A stretch of 55,734 bases of DNA from the NCBI GenBank assembly GCA_041821285.1, contig JBGUER010000002.1:1-55734 (forward strand). The letters run 5' to 3'. This document shows, piece by piece, positions 19,931 to 30,116 of the stretch. Below the pieces are notes generated by a model. It was not told the origin of the DNA and searched no databases. It was given only the letters and a program-made list of their open reading frames with translations. Numbering within the stretch: position 1 is the first letter of the stretch; each line of letters starts with the position of its first letter. The translations under genes were made by a program, and so were the position numbers. Source of the stretch: Clostridiaceae bacterium. Lineage in GTDB: Bacteria; Bacillota; Clostridia; Clostridiales; Clostridiaceae.

Positions 19931-20944
19931 ATGAAAGAAAACATCACTATGCAAGATATAGCTGATAGATTAAATGTTAGTAAAGTTACAGTATCTAAAG
20001 CACTAGCAGATAAAGAGGGCGTTAGTGAAGAATTAAAGGAAAAGATAAAAAAATTGTCTGATGAAATGGGATATAGATATAATACAGCTGCAAAATCCAT
20101 TAAAAATGGGTGCTCTTATAATATTGGAGTTCTTGTGGCGCATAGATTTGTAAGCGGTACACCTTCTTTTTATTTAAGCTTTTATCAAGCTATAGCAATG
20201 GAGCTAGAAAAAAGAGGATATTATGGCATATTGCAAGTACTTCAGACGGAAGATGAAGAGCAGCTTAATTTACCAAGAGTGTATTATGAAAAAAAAGTTG
20301 ATGGTTTTATTATTCTAGGTCAAATAAATAAAGAATATATTGATTTATTAAAAACTATAGATATACCAGCTGTTTTTCTTGATTTTTATGATGAACATGA
20401 TGAATTTGATAGCGTGGTTATGGATAATTTTTTTAGTGCTTACGAAATAACAAATTATTTATTTAAATTAGGTCATAGAAATATAGCTTACGTTGGGGAT
20501 ATATATGCTACAAGTAGTATTCAAGATAGGTTTCTAGGGTATTATAAATCCTTTTTAGAACATAGAATGCCTTTGAAAGAAGAAAACATTATAAATGATA
20601 GAGATGAAAATGGGAAATTTGTAAAATTAGATTTACCTAAAAATATGCCGGATGCCTTTGTGTGTAATAATGATGATGTAGCTTATAATCTTATAAATAC
20701 ATTGAAGGATAAAGGGTATAAAGTGCCAGAGGATATATCGGTGGTAGCTTTTGATAATACTATATATGCAACTATATCAAATCCACAAATAACTTGTATA
20801 GAAGTAAATGTAGAAGAAATGGCGAGAAGAGCGGTTAAACATATAATAAATAGGATAAACAAAAAGAGTTTTACAAACGGAAGATTTTTTATAAAAGGCA
20901 AGATAATATATAGAGACTCAGTAAAAGAAAAAAAACAGGGATGA
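19931..20944 (+). CDS. LacI-family transcriptional regulator
   Basis: 337 aa. It has an N-terminal HTH (MQDIADRLNVSKVTVSKAL) and a periplasmic-binding-protein-like sugar-binding domain. Confidence 0.8.
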   Translation: MKENITMQDIADRLNVSKVTVSKALADKEGVSEELKEKIKKLSDEMGYRYNTAAKSIKNGCSYNIGVLVAHRFVSGTPSFYLSFYQAIAMELEKRGYYGILQVLQTEDEEQLNLPRVYYEKKVDGFIILGQINKEYIDLLKTIDIPAVFLDFYDEHDEFDSVVMDNFFSAYEITNYLFKLGHRNIAYVGDIYATSSIQDRFLGYYKSFLEHRMPLKEENIINDRDENGKFVKLDLPKNMPDAFVCNNDDVAYNLINTLKDKGYKVPEDISVVAFDNTIYATISNPQITCIEVNVEEMARRAVKHIINRINKKSFTNGRFFIKGKIIYRDSVKEKKQG

Positions 20945-20960
20945 TACCCTGTTTTTTTTA
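20934..20960 (+). terminator. Rho-independent terminator overlapping the lacI-family stop codon
   Basis: aacaggg / ccctgtt stem, followed by ttttttt. Confidence 0.65.
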
Positions 20961-21094
20961 AATAATAAATCGTATTAACCGATAACTTAAAAACGAATAC
21001 AGGTTATGCTAAAATACAATTTGAATAAGAATAAATAACGATATATTATCGATAAATAAGCTATTTAAACATTTACATTTAGCATAAATAACTA

Positions 21095-21123
21095 TTGACA
21101 AATATGTGTAAACCTTTTATAAT
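21095..21123 (+). promoter_or_regulatory. Consensus sigma-A promoter (-35 ttgaca 21095-21100, 17-nt spacer, -10 tataat 21118-21123) for the ABC transporter/GH130 operon
   Basis: Perfect consensus hexamers with optimal spacing. The motif ttaaccgataactta sits at +5 to +20 (21135-21149). Confidence 0.6.
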
Positions 21124-21175
21124 TAAATTGTAACTTAACCGATAACTTATTAAATAAATTTAAGGGGGAACTAAA

Positions 21176-22474
21176 ATGAATAAAAAAAGAATAGCAGCGC
21201 TTACTTTAGCTACAGCGCTATTAGCTACATCAATAACTGGGTGTGGTTCAACTGAGGATAAAACTAACAGTGATACTATTTCTGGAGAAATCACAGTGTT
21301 AACTAACAGAACGGATATTGTAGACAAGGTGTTTAGAGATGAATATCTTCCAAAGTTTAACGAGAAGTATCCAGATGTAAAAGTTACATTTGAAGCACTT
21401 ACTGATTATTCAGGAGATATAAAAATAAGAATGAATACTTCTGATTATGGTGACGTTTTATTAATTCCAGATGATGTTCCTATTTCTGAACTTCCAGACT
21501 TCTTTGAATCACTTGGCAGTACAGATGAATTAAGTGAGAAATATATGTTTGTAAATGAAAAATCTTATGATGAAAAAGTTTATGGTATAGCACAAACAGG
21601 AAATGCTCAAGGTATAGTTTATAATAAAAAAGTATTTGAAGGTGCTGGAATAACAGAATTACCAACAACTCCAGAAGATTTTGTAGCTGATATGCAAAAA
21701 ATTAAAGATAAATATGGAGACGAAGTAGTACCTTATTATACAAACTATGCTGCTGGATGGCCATTAACACAATGGGAAAGCGATGTTCCTTGTGTAGCAG
21801 GAGATCCTGATTATGCAAGTAATTTATATAATTTAGATGCTCCATTTGCTGAAGGTGAAGCTCATTATGTAGTATATAAATTAATGTATGATTTAGTTAA
21901 AAATGGTTTAGTTGAAAAAGATCCAACTACAGCTGATTGGGAATCTTCAAAAGTAGATTTAGCAACTGGTAAAATTGGAACAATGGTTTTAGGTTCTTGG
22001 TCAATTTCTCAAATGCAAGAAAAAGCAGATGATCCTAGTGATATAGGTTATATGCCATTCCCAAGTAATATTGATGGAAATGTGTATGCTTCAGTAGGTG
22101 GAGATTACAAGGTTGGTATAAATGTAAATAGTAAGAATAAAGAAGCAGCAAGAGCTTGGCTTGATTGGTTCATTAATGAATCAGGTTATGCACAAGCAAA
22201 TGGCGGAATATCTCCAGTAAAAGGTGATGCTCTTCCAGAAAATTTAAGCGATTTTACTAATATGGGAGTTAAGTTAATAGAAAACAACCCAGCACCTGCA
22301 GGAAAAGAAAACTTAACCTCTGATATAGATAATGAAGCTCAGATAGGATTATGGCAGGATGATTTCAAAAGAAGAATAATTGAAGCAGGATTATTTGGAG
22401 AAGAATCTTTTGATGATATAGCAAGTGATTTAAATAATAAATGGAAAACTGCAAAAGAAAAGGTAACAGAATAA
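21176..22474 (+). CDS. ABC transporter extracellular solute-binding lipoprotein (family 1, oligosaccharide)
   Basis: 432 aa with a lipobox (LATSITGCGS). Confidence 0.75.
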   Translation: MNKKRIAALTLATALLATSITGCGSTEDKTNSDTISGEITVLTNRTDIVDKVFRDEYLPKFNEKYPDVKVTFEALTDYSGDIKIRMNTSDYGDVLLIPDDVPISELPDFFESLGSTDELSEKYMFVNEKSYDEKVYGIAQTGNAQGIVYNKKVFEGAGITELPTTPEDFVADMQKIKDKYGDEVVPYYTNYAAGWPLTQWESDVPCVAGDPDYASNLYNLDAPFAEGEAHYVVYKLMYDLVKNGLVEKDPTTADWESSKVDLATGKIGTMVLGSWSISQMQEKADDPSDIGYMPFPSNIDGNVYASVGGDYKVGINVNSKNKEAARAWLDWFINESGYAQANGGISPVKGDALPENLSDFTNMGVKLIENNPAPAGKENLTSDIDNEAQIGLWQDDFKRRIIEAGLFGEESFDDIASDLNNKWKTAKEKVTE

Positions 22475-22557
22475 AATAGAAGATTAAAGTAAATGTAGAG
22501 GGAAAGTGCAGTAGCTCTTACCCTCTATATTTTGTTAATATAAGAGGGAGGTTAATT

Positions 22558-23442
22558 ATGTTTAGATTATCAAAGTTAAGTTATAAAACTCAGAGAAAGA
22601 TACTTATTACTTCGTTTTTGTTTATCCCGCTGTTATTGCTAACTGTATTTTCTTATCTTCCAAGTATAAATATGATTTATTATAGTTTTACTGATTGGAA
22701 TGGATTTAGTAAACATAAAGATATAATTGGATTAGAAAATTATATAACGATATTTACGAATCCAGATTATTTCAAAGTATTCTTTGTTAGTTTGTATTAT
22801 TTAGTAGGATCGTTTCTTCAACTAGGATTAGCTTTATATTTTGCAACAATCCTTAGCGCTAAAGTGAGACTTAAAAGTTTTTTTAAGGGAGTTTTGTTTT
22901 TCCCATATTTACTTAATGGAGTTGCTATTGGATTTATATTCTTATTCTTCTTTAGACCTGATGGGTCCCTTGATAGTTTGATGAAATTATTAGGATTGGG
23001 TAATTTTACTCAATTGTGGATGGGAAATCCCAAGTTAATAAATGTTTCGTTTACATTTACTTCTTTGTGGAGATATATGGGATATAATTTTGTTCTATTT
23101 TTAGGAGCTATTCAATCTATACCTGGTGATATTTATGAAGCAGCAGATTTAGATGGAGCCAATAAGTGGCATCAATTTAAATATATTATATTCCCAAGCA
23201 TAAAACCTATAATAGAGTTAAATATGATTCTTGCGGTTAAAGGTGCTATAAGTGTATTTGAAATTCCATATATAATGGCAGATGGTGGTAATGGAAGTGC
23301 TACTTTTGTAATACAAACTGTAAATTCTGCTTTTAAATATAATAGATACGGATTAGCTTCTGCTATGGGTGTTGTTCTTTTAATAATAATTGTAATAGTA
23401 ACATTAATTCAGAAGGCTGTTTTTAAAGAAAGGGAGGCTTAA
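22558..23442 (+). CDS. Carbohydrate ABC transporter permease (MalF-like)
   Basis: 294 aa with 6 TM helices and an EAA loop (EAADLDGANKWHQFKYIIFP). Confidence 0.8.
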   Translation: MFRLSKLSYKTQRKILITSFLFIPLLLLTVFSYLPSINMIYYSFTDWNGFSKHKDIIGLENYITIFTNPDYFKVFFVSLYYLVGSFLQLGLALYFATILSAKVRLKSFFKGVLFFPYLLNGVAIGFIFLFFFRPDGSLDSLMKLLGLGNFTQLWMGNPKLINVSFTFTSLWRYMGYNFVLFLGAIQSIPGDIYEAADLDGANKWHQFKYIIFPSIKPIIELNMILAVKGAISVFEIPYIMADGGNGSATFVIQTVNSAFKYNRYGLASAMGVVLLIIIVIVTLIQKAVFKEREA

Positions 23443-23445
23443 TAT

Positions 23446-24276
23446 ATGAAGAAGAAAATCAGTTTTTTAACTATATTGAAATATATATCATTAGTTTTAG
23501 CGTCTTTTATAGCTATTTTTCCAATATTAGTTGTATTTTTTTCATCTTTTAAAACTACTGAAGAATATGCAGCAACAGGACCATTGACACCTCCAGAAAA
23601 TTGGATTAATTTTACAAACTATGTAAAAGCCTTTACTGAAGGAAATATGTTAACTGGATTTTTAAATACATTTATAATAATGCTTATTTCTTTAACAGGG
23701 GCTATATTAATTGGAACTATGACAGCTTATGTTTTGCATAGATTTGCATTTAAATTTAGAAATGTAGTTTTAGGAGCTTTTTTACTAGCAACATTAATTC
23801 CTGCTGTAACCACTCAAGTTGCAACTTTTAAAATTATTAACTTTCTTCATTTATATAATACTAGAATGGCAGACATTATATTGCAAATGGGTACTGATGT
23901 TATAGCTGTTTATATTTTTCTTCAATTTTTAGATGGTATATCTGTTTCTTTAGATGAATCTGCCATGCTTGACGGAGCTTCATATTTTACTATATATAGG
24001 AAGATAATATTACCTTTATTAAAACCTGCTATAGTTACAGTAATAATAATAAGAGGAGTTGCTATATATAACGATTTTTACACACCATTTTTGTATATGC
24101 CTAATCCTAAATTAGCTGTAATATCAACATCGCTATATAAATTCAAAGGTCCTTACGGTACGAAATGGGAAGTAATATGTGCTGGAATAGTAATAGCAAT
24201 TATTCCAACATTAATAGCATTTTTAAGTTTACAAAAGTATATATATAACGGTTTTACAAATGGATCGGTTAAATAA
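23446..24276 (+). CDS. Carbohydrate ABC transporter permease (MalG-like)
   Basis: 276 aa with 6 TM helices and an EAA-type loop (DESAMLDGASYFTIYRKIILP). Confidence 0.8.
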   Translation: MKKKISFLTILKYISLVLASFIAIFPILVVFFSSFKTTEEYAATGPLTPPENWINFTNYVKAFTEGNMLTGFLNTFIIMLISLTGAILIGTMTAYVLHRFAFKFRNVVLGAFLLATLIPAVTTQVATFKIINFLHLYNTRMADIILQMGTDVIAVYIFLQFLDGISVSLDESAMLDGASYFTIYRKIILPLLKPAIVTVIIIRGVAIYNDFYTPFLYMPNPKLAVISTSLYKFKGPYGTKWEVICAGIVIAIIPTLIAFLSLQKYIYNGFTNGSVK

Positions 24277-24385
24277 AATACAAATTAGTGTTGAAAATAA
24301 ATGTAATAAATGCATTTAATCATATAATTTGAATTCGATATTCAGGAAGAAAATATTATAAATAGTAGCAGAAGGAGAGATTAAA

Positions 24386-25405
24386 TTGGAAGATATAAAA
24401 ATATTAGGAGATAGATTAAATAATATTCCGTGGCAAGATAAACCAGTTAAATCTTCAGGACCAGTTTGGAGATACAGCGCAAATCCAATAGTTAATAGAA
24501 ATCCAGTGAAAAATGTTTCAAGAATATTTAATAGTGCTGTTGTACCATATAAAGGTGAGTTTATAGGAGTATTTAGAGCAGAAACAGTAAATGGTAGACC
24601 TCATTTGCATTTAGGATATAGCGAAGATGCAATAGATTGGAAAATAGAAGAAGAAAAAATAGAATTTGTAGATGAAAGCGGAAAACCGTATCAGCCATTA
24701 TATGCTTATGACCCAAGATTGGTTAAGGTTGAAGGAACTTACTACATTATATGGTGTACTGATTTTTATGGTGCTGCTTTAGGTATAGCTAAAACAGAAG
24801 ATTTTAAAACATTTACTCGTTTGGAAAATCCATTTTTACCATTTAATAGAAATGGAGTATTGTTCCCAAGAAAAATAAATGGAATGTATAAGCTTCTATC
24901 AAGACCAAGTGATAGTGGACATACACCATTTGGAGATATATTTATAAGTGAAAGTCCGGATCTGAAATTTTGGGGAAATCACAAACATGTTATGAGAAAT
25001 GGTGGAAATGGTTGGTGGCAAGCATTGAAAATAGGAGGAGGTCCTGCACCTATTGAGACATCTATTGGGTGGCTTATGTTCTATCATGGAGTTTCTAAAA
25101 CTTGTAATGGATATGTATATAGTATGGGATCGGTAATATTTGATATTGATGAACCATCTAAAGTAAAATATAGATGTGGTAATTTCGTGTTAACACCAGA
25201 AGAATGGTATGAAGAAAGAGGCTTTGTGGATAATGTAATATTTCCTTGTGCAACACTTCAAGATTCTGAAACAGGTAGAATAGCGATATATTATGGGTCT
25301 GCAGATACTTATGTTTCACTAGCATTTACAACCGTTGATGAGATTGTGAAATATACTATAGAGAATAATGAAATAATAGATGGTGATTCAGAAATAGGAA
25401 ATTAA
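24386..25405 (+). CDS. GH130 family glycoside phosphorylase (small subfamily, beta-1,4-mannooligosaccharide / mannosyl-GlcNAc phosphorylase-like)
   Basis: 339 aa with a GH130 pattern and no signal peptide. It starts with TTG at 24386 after RBS gaaggagag. Confidence 0.7.
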   Translation: MEDIKILGDRLNNIPWQDKPVKSSGPVWRYSANPIVNRNPVKNVSRIFNSAVVPYKGEFIGVFRAETVNGRPHLHLGYSEDAIDWKIEEEKIEFVDESGKPYQPLYAYDPRLVKVEGTYYIIWCTDFYGAALGIAKTEDFKTFTRLENPFLPFNRNGVLFPRKINGMYKLLSRPSDSGHTPFGDIFISESPDLKFWGNHKHVMRNGGNGWWQALKIGGGPAPIETSIGWLMFYHGVSKTCNGYVYSMGSVIFDIDEPSKVKYRCGNFVLTPEEWYEERGFVDNVIFPCATLQDSETGRIAIYYGSADTYVSLAFTTVDEIVKYTIENNEIIDGDSEIGN

Positions 25406-25411
25406 AATGGA

Positions 25412-25462
25412 GTGTCGCTCTATAACTAAATTTTAGTTTAGGAGTGACACTCTTTTATTTAT
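25412..25462 (+). terminator. Long imperfect hairpin terminator after the second GH130 gene. A second hairpin lies at about 25490-25525
   Basis: ggagtgtcgctctataactaaa / tagtttaggagtgacactc followed by ttttattt. Then gaaaggacag...ctgtccttttgtttt. Confidence 0.6.
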
Positions 25463-25691
25463 ATTTTAAATTGAATAAATTTTAATATGTGAAAGGACAG
25501 AAAATACTGTCCTTTTGTTTTATTTGTTAGTAGATCAGTACAAATATGGGCAAAATAAACAAATAGAAATAAAGCAATTTTTATAAATTAATTAGCAATA
25601 AAAAATAATGGAAAACTTTATATAATGTGATAAATTAATTACAGGAACAATAAAGAGAAATATAGTAGCATATGTTTTAGGAGGTAAAAGT

Positions 25692-28600
25692 ATGGAAGAT
25701 GTAAGATTGTGGGAAGAAATTGTAGTTATTCCTACATATGAGGTTGGAGAAGTAGAAAAAAACCCAATATTTTTAGAGAAAAGAGTTTATCAAGGAAGTT
25801 CAGGTAAAGTTTATCCATACCCAACAATTGAAAAAATAAGTAATGAAAAAATTAATAAGAAATATTCTGCGGTATATCTAGAAAATAAATATTTAAAAGT
25901 AATGATTCTTCCAGAGCTTGGTGGTAGAATTCATAGAGCATATGACAAAACAAATGATTATGATTTTGTTTATTACAATAATGTTATAAAGCCAGCTTTG
26001 GTTGGATTGGTTGGACCATGGATTTCTGGAGGTATTGAATTTAACTGGCCACAACATCATAGACCGACAACATTTATGCCAGTAGATTATATTTTACAAG
26101 AAAATTTAGATGGAAGTAAGACGGTTTTAGTTAATGATGTTGATCAAATGTATGGAACAAAAGGAATTGCAGCTTTTACTTTATATCCAGATAAGGCTTA
26201 TATCGAAGTAAGGGGACAATTATACAATAGAACTTCAATGCCACAAACATTTTTGTGGTGGGCGAATCCAGCTGTACCTGTAAATGAGTACACACAGTCA
26301 ATATTTCCACCAGATGTACATGCGGTAATGGACCATGGGAAAAGAGATGTATCTAAATTCCCTATTGCTGATGGAGTATATTATAAACATGATTATGCTC
26401 CTGGAACGGATATATCGCGTTACAAAAATTTGCCTGTACCTACTTCATATATGGCAGAAAAATCTGAATATGATTTTGTTGGTGGATATGATTATAGTAA
26501 AAAGGCAGGATTGCTTCATGTAGCAGATCATCACATATCACCAGGCAAAAAACAATGGACTTGGGGATGTGGAGATTTTGGTAAAGCGTGGGATCGTAAT
26601 CTTACGGACGAAGATGGACCTTATATAGAACTTATGACGGGAGTTTATACAGATAATCAACCTGATTTTACATGGTTAAAACCATTTGAAGAAAAGACAT
26701 TTAAACAATACTTTATGCCATATAAGGCAGTTGGAGCTGTAAAAAATGCAACAATTAATGCAGCTATTAATATGGAAAAGAGAGTAGATGGTATCTACGT
26801 ATGTGTATATGCAACAGGAAAATATGAAAATGCAAGAATTGTTATTAAAGACAAGAAGAATATAGTGTGGGAGTCAAATTTAATTATTTCTCCAGTTGAT
26901 ATTTTTGAGGAAGTATTACCAATACATGTAGATTTAGAAAGTGATATTACAGTTGAGGTTTATGATGGCGATGATATTTTAGTTGAGTATCAACCTAAAA
27001 AAATAAGTGAAGAAGAAATGCCTGAACCTGCAGAAGCTCCAAAAGAGCCTGAAGATGTTGAGACAAATGAAGAATTATATTTAACGGGTTTGCATATTGA
27101 ACAGTATCATCATGCAACATATTTACCAGATCCATACTATTTAGAAGGGTTAAAAAGAGATGCTTACGATATTAGGATTAATAATGCCTATGGGATGTTA
27201 TTAATGAGAAGGGGAGATTTTAAACAAGCTGAAAATCATTTTAGACGGGCATTAAAACGTTCTACTTGGAAAAACCCTAACCCATATAATAGTGAGCCAT
27301 ATTACAATTTAGGACTGGTTTTGTTTTATACAAATAAGTTAGAAGAAGCTTTTGATGCGTTTTATAAAGCTACATGGTCTAGTGAACAGCAGGAAATGTC
27401 ATTTTATTATTTAGCGGTGATTTCAACATCTAGAAAAGAATATGAAATAGCGCTTGATTTTGTAGATAAAGCTTTAGTGAAAAACTCACATAATATTAAA
27501 GCAAGAGGTCTTAAAGCATATTTATTACGTAAATTAAATAGAATTGAAAATGCAATATTTTGGGTTAAAGAAAACCTTGATGTTGATAAATTTGATTATG
27601 TTTCTATGTTTGAGAAAATTCAACTCCAGGGTGATAAGAAAGAAATAAATACTAATTGTATGAAAAAAGTAATGAGGGACTTTCATGAAAATTATTTGCA
27701 GTTGGCTAGGGATTACGGTGAATTTGGAGCCTATGACGAAGCTATTAAGGTGATAGAATTATGTGGGCAAGATAAACCATTATTACATTATTACAGTGCG
27801 TATTATTTAGGAAAATTGGGATTAGATAATAAAGATACACTTAAAAATGCGGAACTAGCTTGTTCAGATTGTTGTTTTCCTAATAAATTAGAAGATATTA
27901 ATGTATTAAATTATGCAATAGAAAATAATAAACATGGAGCAAAAGCGCATTATTATTTAGGAAATCTGTATTACGATAAATTACAATATGAAACAGCAAT
28001 AAAACTTTGGGAAAAATCAGTTGAATTGGATGATAAATTTTCTATAGCAGTTCGTAATTTAGCATTAGCTAATTATAATAAGCGACAAAACTTTGAAAAT
28101 GCAAAGCAGCTTCTTGAAAAAGCTTTTTTACTTGATATTAATGATTCAAGAGTCTTTCTGGAATTAGATCAATTATATAAAAAATCAGGAGTTACAGTTA
28201 AAGAAAGACTTGAAAAATATGAAATGTACAATTTTACATCCTCAGAAAATGATGCATTATTTATAGAATATATTACTTTAATTAATTTAGCGAGAGAATA
28301 TAAAAAAGCATATGAATTGATTATGAGTCGTAAATTCCATCCTTGGGAAGGTGGGGAAGGTAAAATAACCACACAGTATAAAACATGTCTTATTGAATTA
28401 GCTAGAGAATCAATGAAGAACTATAAATATATAGAAGCAGAAGATTATTTAAAAAAAGCGCTAATATATCCTGAAAATTTAGGAGAAGGTAAGCTTGAAG
28501 GTACAAAAGATAACAATGTTTATTATTACCTTGGAGTTGTAAATGAAGAAGTAGGTGCTGGTGATTTAGCAAGAGAGTATTTTGAACAGGCAACTATTGG

Positions 28601-28973
28601 TGTTGTGGAGCCAGCAGGTGCAATGTATTATAATGATCAACCAGCAGATATGATATTATATCAAGGGTTGGCAAAAGAAAAGTTAAATCAAAAGAAAGAA
28701 GCAATTGAAATATATAATAAATTGATAGAATATGGAAAAGAACATATGAAAGATAATGTAAAAATCGAGTATTTTGCAGTATCGTTACCGGATTTTTTAA
28801 TCTTTGAAGAAAACTTAAATTTGCGTAATCAAGTACATTGTAATTATTTAATTGGTCTTGGCAATATGGGTCTTGGAAATAAAGAAGAGGCAACTAAAGC
28901 ATATGAAAGAGCTATAACCATTGATAATACGCATATGAATGCTTTGCGATATAAAAAAATAATTAATGATTAA
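25692..28973 (+). CDS. Large cytoplasmic protein with an N-terminal DUF5107-like domain and C-terminal TPR repeats. Function unknown
   Basis: 1,093 aa with no signal peptide. The N-terminal ~450 aa form a globular domain (GGIEFNWPQHHRPTTF...WTWGCGDFGKAWDRNL). The remainder is TPR-like helical repeats (YNLGLVLFYTNKLEEAFDAFYKA...). It is embedded in a glycan-utilisation island. Confidence 0.45.
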   Translation: MEDVRLWEEIVVIPTYEVGEVEKNPIFLEKRVYQGSSGKVYPYPTIEKISNEKINKKYSAVYLENKYLKVMILPELGGRIHRAYDKTNDYDFVYYNNVIKPALVGLVGPWISGGIEFNWPQHHRPTTFMPVDYILQENLDGSKTVLVNDVDQMYGTKGIAAFTLYPDKAYIEVRGQLYNRTSMPQTFLWWANPAVPVNEYTQSIFPPDVHAVMDHGKRDVSKFPIADGVYYKHDYAPGTDISRYKNLPVPTSYMAEKSEYDFVGGYDYSKKAGLLHVADHHISPGKKQWTWGCGDFGKAWDRNLTDEDGPYIELMTGVYTDNQPDFTWLKPFEEKTFKQYFMPYKAVGAVKNATINAAINMEKRVDGIYVCVYATGKYENARIVIKDKKNIVWESNLIISPVDIFEEVLPIHVDLESDITVEVYDGDDILVEYQPKKISEEEMPEPAEAPKEPEDVETNEELYLTGLHIEQYHHATYLPDPYYLEGLKRDAYDIRINNAYGMLLMRRGDFKQAENHFRRALKRSTWKNPNPYNSEPYYNLGLVLFYTNKLEEAFDAFYKATWSSEQQEMSFYYLAVISTSRKEYEIALDFVDKALVKNSHNIKARGLKAYLLRKLNRIENAIFWVKENLDVDKFDYVSMFEKIQLQGDKKEINTNCMKKVMRDFHENYLQLARDYGEFGAYDEAIKVIELCGQDKPLLHYYSAYYLGKLGLDNKDTLKNAELACSDCCFPNKLEDINVLNYAIENNKHGAKAHYYLGNLYYDKLQYETAIKLWEKSVELDDKFSIAVRNLALANYNKRQNFENAKQLLEKAFLLDINDSRVFLELDQLYKKSGVTVKERLEKYEMYNFTSSENDALFIEYITLINLAREYKKAYELIMSRKFHPWEGGEGKITTQYKTCLIELARESMKNYKYIEAEDYLKKALIYPENLGEGKLEGTKDNNVYYYLGVVNEEVGAGDLAREYFEQATIGVVEPAGAMYYNDQPADMILYQGLAKEKLNQKKEAIEIYNKLIEYGKEHMKDNVKIEYFAVSLPDFLIFEENLNLRNQVHCNYLIGLGNMGLGNKEEATKAYERAITIDNTHMNALRYKKIIND

Positions 28974-28997
28974 TTTATGATATTATTAATAAATGTG

Positions 28998-29036
28998 CAA
29001 AAGAAGTCGCTTATTAAAAAGTAACTTCTTTTTGTA
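28998..29036. terminator. Bidirectional terminator hairpin between convergent DUF5107 and araC-family genes
   Basis: aaagaagt / acttcttt stem with flanking A- and T-runs. Confidence 0.5.
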
Positions 29037-29073
29037 TAATATTTAGGAACAAAAATCATTTATTGTTATATGT

Positions 29074-29919
29074 TTATAAAGTATTATTACGATATTCGTT
29101 TGGAGTCATGTTTACCCAATTTTTAAAACAAGTACAAAAGCTACTTTCATTAGAAAAACCGGTAATAAAACAAATTTCCTTAACTGGAGTGTTTGAGTTC
29201 TTAAGTAAAAACTTAGCATAGTTTATCCGTGCAGATAAAATGTATTGATGTGGGGTAAAACCAGTTTCTTTTTTAAATAAGCGTGTAAAATAATAAGGAC
29301 TTAGGTGAATGTTGGCAGCTAAAGAATCTAATGATATTTTATCACTTAAATGTTCGGATATGAAAGCAATAGACTCCTCTATAACATTTGGTGGTGAGGT
29401 ATATTGGGAAGTATTATTTTGACATAACAACAATTCTGTTAATATATCAGTGATGAAGCGTGATGTAAGGGGCTCTTTTATTGGAGTACCATCATTAAAT
29501 AATTTATATATTTGTTTAAGCCGTTTTGATAAATAGTAAGTATCCTTCAAAGTAAATATATATTTTGAATTATTGGTGATTAAGTCAAAATAATTTTTAG
29601 AACAAGGTCCATCAAAATGCAACCAAAGTATTTCGGAGTTTTCGCATGCGCTATAGCTGTGGGGGTTGAAACAGTTAATTAATACTATTTGATTTTCAGA
29701 AGCAATAATAGTATTAGAATTAATAGTTATACTAAGTTTACCTTTTTTTATATACATAATTAGAAAACTATCATATGAATTTCGTTCTAGTTTATAGCCT
29801 TTATTGTAATAAAAAAGTCCAGTAAACAAAGGGTAGAAAAAAGAAGATTTAGCTTGTAAGCTTGGTGAATACATATAATAATTTGATTCTGGTTTAACAC
29901 CGAATTCTATAGATTTCAT
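29074..29919 (-). CDS. AraC-family transcriptional regulator (cupin-like N-domain plus C-terminal AraC HTH)
   Basis: 281 aa. The C-terminus is LSDKISLDSLAANIHLSPYYFTRLFKKETGFTPHQYI...GFSNESSFCTCFK. It is divergent from the GH2/ABC operon. Confidence 0.85.
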   Translation of the reverse strand: MKSIEFGVKPESNYYMYSPSLQAKSSFFYPLFTGLFYYNKGYKLERNSYDSFLIMYIKKGKLSITINSNTIIASENQIVLINCFNPHSYSACENSEILWLHFDGPCSKNYFDLITNNSKYIFTLKDTYYLSKRLKQIYKLFNDGTPIKEPLTSRFITDILTELLLCQNNTSQYTSPPNVIEESIAFISEHLSDKISLDSLAANIHLSPYYFTRLFKKETGFTPHQYILSARINYAKFLLKNSNTPVKEICFITGFSNESSFCTCFKNWVNMTPNEYRNNTL

Positions 29920-30116
29920 AAGCTCTCCTATATATAAGTTTTTAAATTAAATCCTACACATATTATAATTGCTATTATAATATGTGTCAATTTTATAATA
30001 GCAATTTTTTAATATGGTGAAGTAAAAATAGGTTAAAAAACATGGCATAATAGCAAATAAATAGAATTATTTAAATTAGATAGCATAACAATATTTGCAA
30101 ATTGTTAGGGAGGTAA

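Noticed and set aside
19931-20944. Possibility that the transcription factor here is GntR rather than LacI family
   Set aside because: The C-terminal ~270 aa have a periplasmic-binding-protein-like fold pattern typical of LacI/GalR, not the UTRA or FadR domains of GntR. The HTH spacing also fits LacI.
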